Assembly: GCA_044350705.1 (NCBI GenBank)
Contig: JBILHA010000001.1
Coordinates: 244,242-308,241 of the forward strand
Source: Candidatus Kapaibacterium sp.
Lineage (GTDB): Bacteria > Patescibacteriota > Patescibacteriia > UBA9934
Direction: 5' to 3'
DNA length: 64,000 bases
Numbering within the stretch: the stretch's first letter is position 1; the number at the start of each line of letters is the position of its first letter. Under the pieces are notes generated by a model. That model was not told the DNA's origin. It saw nothing but the letters and a program-made list of their open reading frames with translations, and did not search any database. Below are positions 58,690 to 64,000 of this stretch, one piece after another. A program made the position numbers and the translations under genes.

Positions 58690-60180
58690 ATGTCTTTGAA
58701 GCGTTCCCCCTGGATTCATCAGTTGCCTTCTCGCGCTCCCTTTTCTTCGTTCGAGAAGTCATTTGACGCTGATGTTGTCGTGGTTGGTGCCGGTATTGCT
58801 GGTGTAAGTACCGCCTATTTTTTACTTACGCAAACATCGCGTTCTGTGGTCGTGCTTGAGGCATCCATGATTGCCCATGGAGCAACTGGGCATAATGCCG
58901 GGCAGGCGGTTCGATATTTTGAGCGATCATTTGCTGACATGATTGAGGAATTCGGTGCTGATGCAGTGGCTGAAGGACAGCGATTGGTCGATGATGCATT
59001 CTTGGATTTAGAGCGCATTGCGCACGATGAGCAGTTGTCGGTACGACTATCCGTAGTCACCGGTTACGCAGGTTTACAAGATCGAGCGACGATTGAGCGC
59101 ATGGCGAGCGATATTCTCGTGCAAAAGCGTCTCGGATTGGAGACCGAGGAACTTTTACTTGCAAAAGGTGTTGCTTCCTTGAGGGGTTTGCCTCGAGAAA
59201 TTCATGATCTTGCAACATGGCTTCCAAAAAAAGATCTTCTCTCTCTCCTGGGAACGACGAATAGTGCCTACATTGGAGCATTGGCGGGAAAGAAGGGCTG
59301 TTTAAATAGCGCGCTGTTTACTGAAGATCTTTTTCACATACTCCTTAAAAAATATCCTCAACGGTTAAAGATTTTTGAACAGTCACCCGTTTCTCGTGTA
59401 TCTATTCACTCGCGTCGTATAGAGCTTGAAGTTGGTAAAAAGAAGATACGTGCGCGTGATGTGGTGTTGTGTACGAACGGATTTGAGCACTTCTCTTTGC
59501 AGGATGGCAATGGTGATGTGCTTAATCGTTGGTTTCATCGAACGGTACGGGGATCGATAGGATATATGGCGGGGTATTTAGAGGAGCGAAGCGCTTCTCC
59601 GGCGATTGTGAGTTTTTTGCCGCCGTATAAGGAATCTTCCAATGTACAGGAAACCGATCCGTACATGTATGTCACTCGGCGTCCCTATGAGTACTCTCCT
59701 GGCGCTCATGCAAATCTTGTATGTGTGGGAGGGCCGGAACGAATTCTTGATAATACCGCTTCGTATAAACGAGAGCATGCCTATCCTGTAGCGGCATCAC
59801 GACAGATATCCTCGTTCTTGCAAGAGACCTGGAGACGTTCGGGGAGAAGAAAGGGTTTTGATTTTTTGTGGCACGGACTCATGGGTTACACGCCGAATGG
59901 TGTTCGTCTGGTCGGTCCTGATATTGAACATCCGCATCTTTGGTATAACTTAGGATGTAATGGCGTAGGTATCCTTACATCTGTCATGGGAGGGAAGCGT
60001 ATTGCATTGCAGATGCGAGGAGATCATCTCGCGCCTTCAATGTTTGATGTAGTTCATGAGAGGGGTTTGCAGAAGCTGCACATTGGTCAGCGAATTTTTG
60101 TCTATACGTTATTTGTTTTTGGCTTGGTATTAGGGTTAGGATTGGGGGGATTTTTATCCATCAGCCTCTTTTTTAGGTGA
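58690..60180 (+). CDS. FAD-dependent oxidoreductase (DAO/PuuB-like) with C-terminal TM
   Basis: VVGAGIAG, GATGHNAG, LCTNGF, WHGLMGYT, GCNGVG. Confidence 0.85.
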   Translation: MSLKRSPWIHQLPSRAPFSSFEKSFDADVVVVGAGIAGVSTAYFLLTQTSRSVVVLEASMIAHGATGHNAGQAVRYFERSFADMIEEFGADAVAEGQRLVDDAFLDLERIAHDEQLSVRLSVVTGYAGLQDRATIERMASDILVQKRLGLETEELLLAKGVASLRGLPREIHDLATWLPKKDLLSLLGTTNSAYIGALAGKKGCLNSALFTEDLFHILLKKYPQRLKIFEQSPVSRVSIHSRRIELEVGKKKIRARDVVLCTNGFEHFSLQDGNGDVLNRWFHRTVRGSIGYMAGYLEERSASPAIVSFLPPYKESSNVQETDPYMYVTRRPYEYSPGAHANLVCVGGPERILDNTASYKREHAYPVAASRQISSFLQETWRRSGRRKGFDFLWHGLMGYTPNGVRLVGPDIEHPHLWYNLGCNGVGILTSVMGGKRIALQMRGDHLAPSMFDVVHERGLQKLHIGQRIFVYTLFVFGLVLGLGLGGFLSISLFFR

Positions 60181-60562
60181 TCTGTTTTATTATGAGTGTT
60201 GCGATGATGGCGGTAGCGGCGCTGACGAATGTTCCCCATGTGATGTCGACGAGTGTCATTGAGAGCGGCCAATTTTTGAGAGTTGCGTGATTTGTGAGAT
60301 CATAGGTTGCATAGGCGATAAATCCAAAGCAAGCTCCAGTGAACGCAATCTTGCTTAAGGGTTCATCATATTTCTGTATTATGACAAAATAGGTGAGACC
60401 ACCGGCATAGATCGGGTAAAATAGGAGAATGGGCCACCAGGTGGGTTCAGTGGCCATGAGATGGCCGATGCGGGAATTGTAGAAATGTTTCGCAACGAGT
60501 ATGAGCCAGCATGCATCGAGGAGAATGAGCGGAATAAGAGTTGCGAAATAATGGAGAATCAT
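60173..60562 (-). CDS. DUF2177 family membrane protein
   Basis: LDACWL..FY, YATYDLTNHATLKNWP..VDITWG. Confidence 0.85.
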   Translation of the reverse strand: MILHYFATLIPLILLDACWLILVAKHFYNSRIGHLMATEPTWWPILLFYPIYAGGLTYFVIIQKYDEPLSKIAFTGACFGFIAYATYDLTNHATLKNWPLSMTLVDITWGTFVSAATAIIATLIIKQIT

Positions 60563-60585
60563 ATATTGCTAGCATAGCACTTTTT

Positions 60586-61089
60586 ATGCGACTTCCTACG
60601 CGTAAATCAGAAAAAGAACGCGATCTTCGTGAGGATGATCCGCATATTACTCAAGCTGCGTTCGATCGAATGACGCGCGAGCTTGCTCGACTGCAAAAAG
60701 AGCGTATTCCCGCTGCTGAAGAAGTTGCTCGTACGGCAGCGATGGGGGATTTGTCTGAGAATGCAGCGTATCAATATGCCAAGCAGCAGCTTCGGAGTAT
60801 GCTCAGTCGAATTACTCGGTTGGAGTTGATGCTCGCACGTGCGGTGATTATTCCCGAGAACGTTTCTGAGGATGGGGTGATTCGTTTAGGGAGTACCGTG
60901 ACTGTCCGAACGGGAGAAAAAGAATATACTTGGAAAATTCTGGGAGAACGTGAAGTGCGTCCTGGGGCAGGGCAGATTTCTTATCATTCCCCGGTCGGGA
61001 ATGCCCTTTTAGGGCATCGCGTGGGGGAAGAGGTTCTTGTGCGCCTTGGTGACCGAACGGTTGTTTATTTTGTTCTTTCCGTTTTGTAA
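60586..61089 (+). CDS. greA: GreA/GreB transcription elongation factor
   Basis: GDLSENAAY, LGSTV, ISYHSPVG.ALLG. Confidence 0.88.
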   Translation: MRLPTRKSEKERDLREDDPHITQAAFDRMTRELARLQKERIPAAEEVARTAAMGDLSENAAYQYAKQQLRSMLSRITRLELMLARAVIIPENVSEDGVIRLGSTVTVRTGEKEYTWKILGEREVRPGAGQISYHSPVGNALLGHRVGEEVLVRLGDRTVVYFVLSVL

Positions 61090-61091
61090 GT

Positions 61092-62030
61092 ATGATCCCC
61101 CCTCCTCTTCAAAGATCTTTGCTCCGTGGTGAAATTGCTGATTATCGATTGTATTGCTCGCTTGAACGGCATGCCGGTCCTGAATTTCAGAAGATGCTTC
61201 GTGGATTTATTGCTACCGAAGAAGCACATATCGCATTTTGGAAAAAACGTTTTGCGCTTGATGTCGTTTCTTTGCGTTTTGAGGATCGGTTTCGTAATGC
61301 GGTTATTTTGTTTTTTGTTCGATGCTTGGGTGATAGGGCGGGATATGTTTTTTTGGAGGCGGTAGAGACGCATGGAATAAAAAAATATTTGGATTTATGG
61401 GCGGGTGTTGAAGATCGCGAAGTTCGAGAGGGATTGCGCTCGATTCTTACTGATGAATTGCTTCACGAAGATGAGGCTGCAACGGGAGGGAAGAGGACGG
61501 TGCGTGCTGACGTTGTACGGAATGCATTTTTAGGCTTTAACGATGGCTCGGTAGAAATTTTAGGTGCGGTTACTGGGCTTGTGGCGGCACTTGGGCGTCC
61601 GGATCTTGTTTTTCTTTCGGCGCTCACGGTTTCTGTGGCGGGAAGTCTTTCCATGGCAGCAGGAGCATTCCTTGCTGCTCACGGAGAGCGTGAAATGCGC
61701 ATTCTCGAACAGCAGAAAGATCTCTTTTTGGGAAATGAAGGCGCGCATGCTGATGACATAGGGTCGCCACTTGGTTCGGCGGCTATTGTTGGCATTGGAT
61801 ATTTGTTTGGCGCCGCAGTGCCGGTATTGCCGTTTGCGTTTGGCGCAGCAACTCCGGTATGGTCAATTTTCTTTTCCGGTGCGCTTATCCTCATTGTTTC
61901 GGCATGTCTCGCTTTTTTGTCGGGCATGAGCATACGTCGTCGTCTTTTTTTGAACGGCATGATTATTGCCGTGACCGTTTGCATTTCTTTGGTTATCGGG
62001 ATGCTTCTTGACCGTTTTTTGGTTGTGTAA
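61092..62030 (+). CDS. VIT1/CCC1 transporter with N-terminal ferritin-like domain
   Basis: N-terminal EEAH and ELLH ExxH motifs; LGFNDG, AGSLSMAAGAFL. Confidence 0.85.
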   Translation: MIPPPLQRSLLRGEIADYRLYCSLERHAGPEFQKMLRGFIATEEAHIAFWKKRFALDVVSLRFEDRFRNAVILFFVRCLGDRAGYVFLEAVETHGIKKYLDLWAGVEDREVREGLRSILTDELLHEDEAATGGKRTVRADVVRNAFLGFNDGSVEILGAVTGLVAALGRPDLVFLSALTVSVAGSLSMAAGAFLAAHGEREMRILEQQKDLFLGNEGAHADDIGSPLGSAAIVGIGYLFGAAVPVLPFAFGAATPVWSIFFSGALILIVSACLAFLSGMSIRRRLFLNGMIIAVTVCISLVIGMLLDRFLVV

Positions 62031-62250
62031 GGCTAAAAACAGCGCAGCTTGCTTTCTCCTTGCTTCTTTTAGAAAAATAAGCTATAGTAAGCGTAATCTT
62101 GGGACTTCGCGAGAATCTTCTCAAGTACCCGTTTTCTGCAAACCCCGACGTCTTGGATGCGTGTGGTGCCGGAAACGGACCATATTCATCGACGTTTTTT
62201 GTTTTGTCATTTTCAATGATCGTGAGCAAAGGACGTTCTAGTCTTTTTTT

Positions 62251-63615
62251 ATGACGTCTTCTTCGGAAACTACGTTTGGCATGCTTGGCATGCATCCGTC
62301 ACTTCTTACTCATTTAACGGCCATGGGTTTTGTTACTCCCACTCCTATTCAGGCACAGGCTATTCCTGTTGCGCTTACGGGAGTTGATGTCCTCGGCATC
62401 GCTCAAACTGGAACGGGTAAAACGCTTGCGTTTGCGCTTCCCATGATTGAGCGCCTGGCAAAGACCAAGGGTCGTGGCCTTGTCCTTCTTCCTACTCGCG
62501 AACTTGCGGTACAGGTGGAAGAAACCATGCGTAAAGTTGCATCAAAATTCGGTGCGCGTACCGCGCTTCTTATTGGTGGTGTTGCAATGGGTCCTCAAGA
62601 AAAACTTTTGCGTACTAACCCGCATATTATTGTTGCAACTCCTGGTCGCTTAATTGATCATCTTTCACAAAAAACGGTAAAGCTCGATCAGATCGAAGTA
62701 CTGGTTTTCGATGAAGCAGATCGCATGCTTGATATGGGATTCGCTCCTCAGATCGAACGAATTCTTACAACCGTTCCTCCTCAGCGTCAGACCATGCTCT
62801 TTTCTGCAACCATGCCGGTGGAGATTGCGCGTATTGCAAGTAAATATATGCGTCAGCCGGTACGTATTGAAGTAGCTCCCCCTGGACTTACCGTTGATAA
62901 AATTGCACAAGAGATTATTGTTACTGAAAAGCAGAATAAACAGGCCATGCTCGAACAAGTACTTAAAGAGCATGCGGGTACTATTATTGTTTTTTCTCGC
63001 ACCAAGCATGGTGCAAGCCGTATTGCTCGTAACTTAAACGCTGCAGGAATTTCTGCTGCAGAAATGCACTCAGATCGTTCTCAGTCTCAACGCCAGCGTG
63101 CGCTTGATGGATTCAAGCGTGGGCAACACCGTGTGCTTGTCGCGACGGATATTGCTGCGCGTGGTATTGATGTTTCGAATATTACCGTTGTCGTAAACTT
63201 TGATCTTCCTGATAATCCTGAAGATTACGTACATCGTATTGGTCGTACGGGTCGTGCAGGACGTGATGGATTGGCTATTACCTTCGTAGAGCCTCAGCAA
63301 GCACGTGATGTTCAGGTGATCGAACGCCTTATTAAAAAGACGCTTCCTGAACGTGCAGGAACGCCCGTGCTTTCACGAGGTTTCTCATCATCAGCTTCTC
63401 GAGGAGGTTTCCAGAAGCGTGGAGGATTCTCTCGTGGCCCTCGTCATAATGATCGCTTTGGTCGTCGTGATAGTGGTGTCGGTCGTCCGTCACGTGGCTT
63501 TGCTTCTTTTGATGGACGTCCTACGCGCACGCAGCAGCGCTCTGCTCCTGTTGCTCCTTCCTCTTCTGCAGCTTCTGGTGGAGCGCGTCCACGTCGTGTG
63601 CATCTTGATGACTAA
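62251..63615 (+). CDS. DEAD-box RNA helicase
   Basis: PTPIQ, AQTGTGKT, PTRELA, TPGRL, DEADRM, SAT, ARGID, HRIGRTGRAG; RGG-rich tail. Confidence 0.96.
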   Translation: MTSSSETTFGMLGMHPSLLTHLTAMGFVTPTPIQAQAIPVALTGVDVLGIAQTGTGKTLAFALPMIERLAKTKGRGLVLLPTRELAVQVEETMRKVASKFGARTALLIGGVAMGPQEKLLRTNPHIIVATPGRLIDHLSQKTVKLDQIEVLVFDEADRMLDMGFAPQIERILTTVPPQRQTMLFSATMPVEIARIASKYMRQPVRIEVAPPGLTVDKIAQEIIVTEKQNKQAMLEQVLKEHAGTIIVFSRTKHGASRIARNLNAAGISAAEMHSDRSQSQRQRALDGFKRGQHRVLVATDIAARGIDVSNITVVVNFDLPDNPEDYVHRIGRTGRAGRDGLAITFVEPQQARDVQVIERLIKKTLPERAGTPVLSRGFSSSASRGGFQKRGGFSRGPRHNDRFGRRDSGVGRPSRGFASFDGRPTRTQQRSAPVAPSSSAASGGARPRRVHLDD

Positions 63616-63616
63616 G

Positions 63617-63656
63617 AATAACCAAAAACGACATGAAAGTGTCGTTTTTGGTTATT
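63617..63656 (+). terminator. Intrinsic terminator after DEAD-box helicase
   Basis: aataaccaaaaacgacat gaaa gtgtcgtttttggttatt. Confidence 0.8.
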
Positions 63657-63695
63657 GCAGTTTTGTTTCATTTTGATACCATTTTGGTATTTTGT

Positions 63696-64000
63696 ATGCA
63701 GACTCTTCTTGAAAAAGCTACTCGTCATGTCGCGGATGTTATTCGTGACGCGATCAAGCATTCTTCCGGCGCAAAGGCTTTGGTGGTTTTTGATCGTGAT
63801 TCCGGATTATCCTCGCTTCTTGCAGATGCGTATCAGTATGCTCTTCCGCAAGCGCAGATGATGGACTTTCGCGCTACTACTCCTGTAGAGGTACGGCAAA
63901 CTATTGATGCGCTTTCCCCCGGTGACTTAGTGGTTCTCGTGCAGTCGACGAGTTTTCGCTTAAATGAATTTCGTTTTCGTTTAGAGCTTTTTAACCGCAG
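63696..64000 (+). CDS. Hypothetical protein, 3'-truncated by window edge
   Basis: Open frame MQTLLEKATRHVADVIRDAIK...VVLVQSTSFRLNEFRFRLELFNR runs to the window end; absent from the ORF track because it has no stop. Confidence 0.7.
   Translation, partial: MQTLLEKATRHVADVIRDAIKHSSGAKALVVFDRDSGLSSLLADAYQYALPQAQMMDFRATTPVEVRQTIDALSPGDLVVLVQSTSFRLNEFRFRLELFNR

Noticed and set aside
1-64000. Alternative genetic code (TGA=Gly) or selenoprotein/readthrough
   Set aside because: Conserved genes are full length under code 11 and several end at TGA at sensible gene boundaries

Overview
Gene-dense, mostly + strand window from a small-genome bacterium. Gene content and divergent motifs fit Patescibacteria/CPR (Parcubacteria-like), an inference; TGA is used as a stop (code 11). 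The housekeeping backbone is mnmA, lepA, murD/E, ftsEX, uvrBAC, mraZ-rsmH-ftsL, gpmI, nth, manC, mltG, pcrA-like helicase, malic enzyme, nrdB/nrdA, a class B PBP, greA, a DEAD-box helicase and four tRNAs (Lys, Gly, Thr, Gln). The most unusual signals are as follows. (1) Two 126-bp rod-like palindromes of different sequence, each ending 2-3 nt before a tRNA gene and sharing an ERIC-like apex. (2) A 54-bp hairpin-containing repeat inserted in-frame in both mnmA and uvrA. (3) A 178-bp unit at tRNA-Lys that duplicates the tRNA 3' end and terminator. (4) A split dikinase cluster (stand-alone ATP-grasp plus two His-swivel proteins) with a high-GC histidine phosphatase and a TrmB regulator bracketed by two TGTTGT-N9-ACAACA palindromes. 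(5) An AftA-like arabinofuranosyltransferase beside a GT2-GtrA fusion and a GT-C. No CRISPR array, rRNA, transposase or integrase was seen. All family assignments come from recalled motifs, not database searches.
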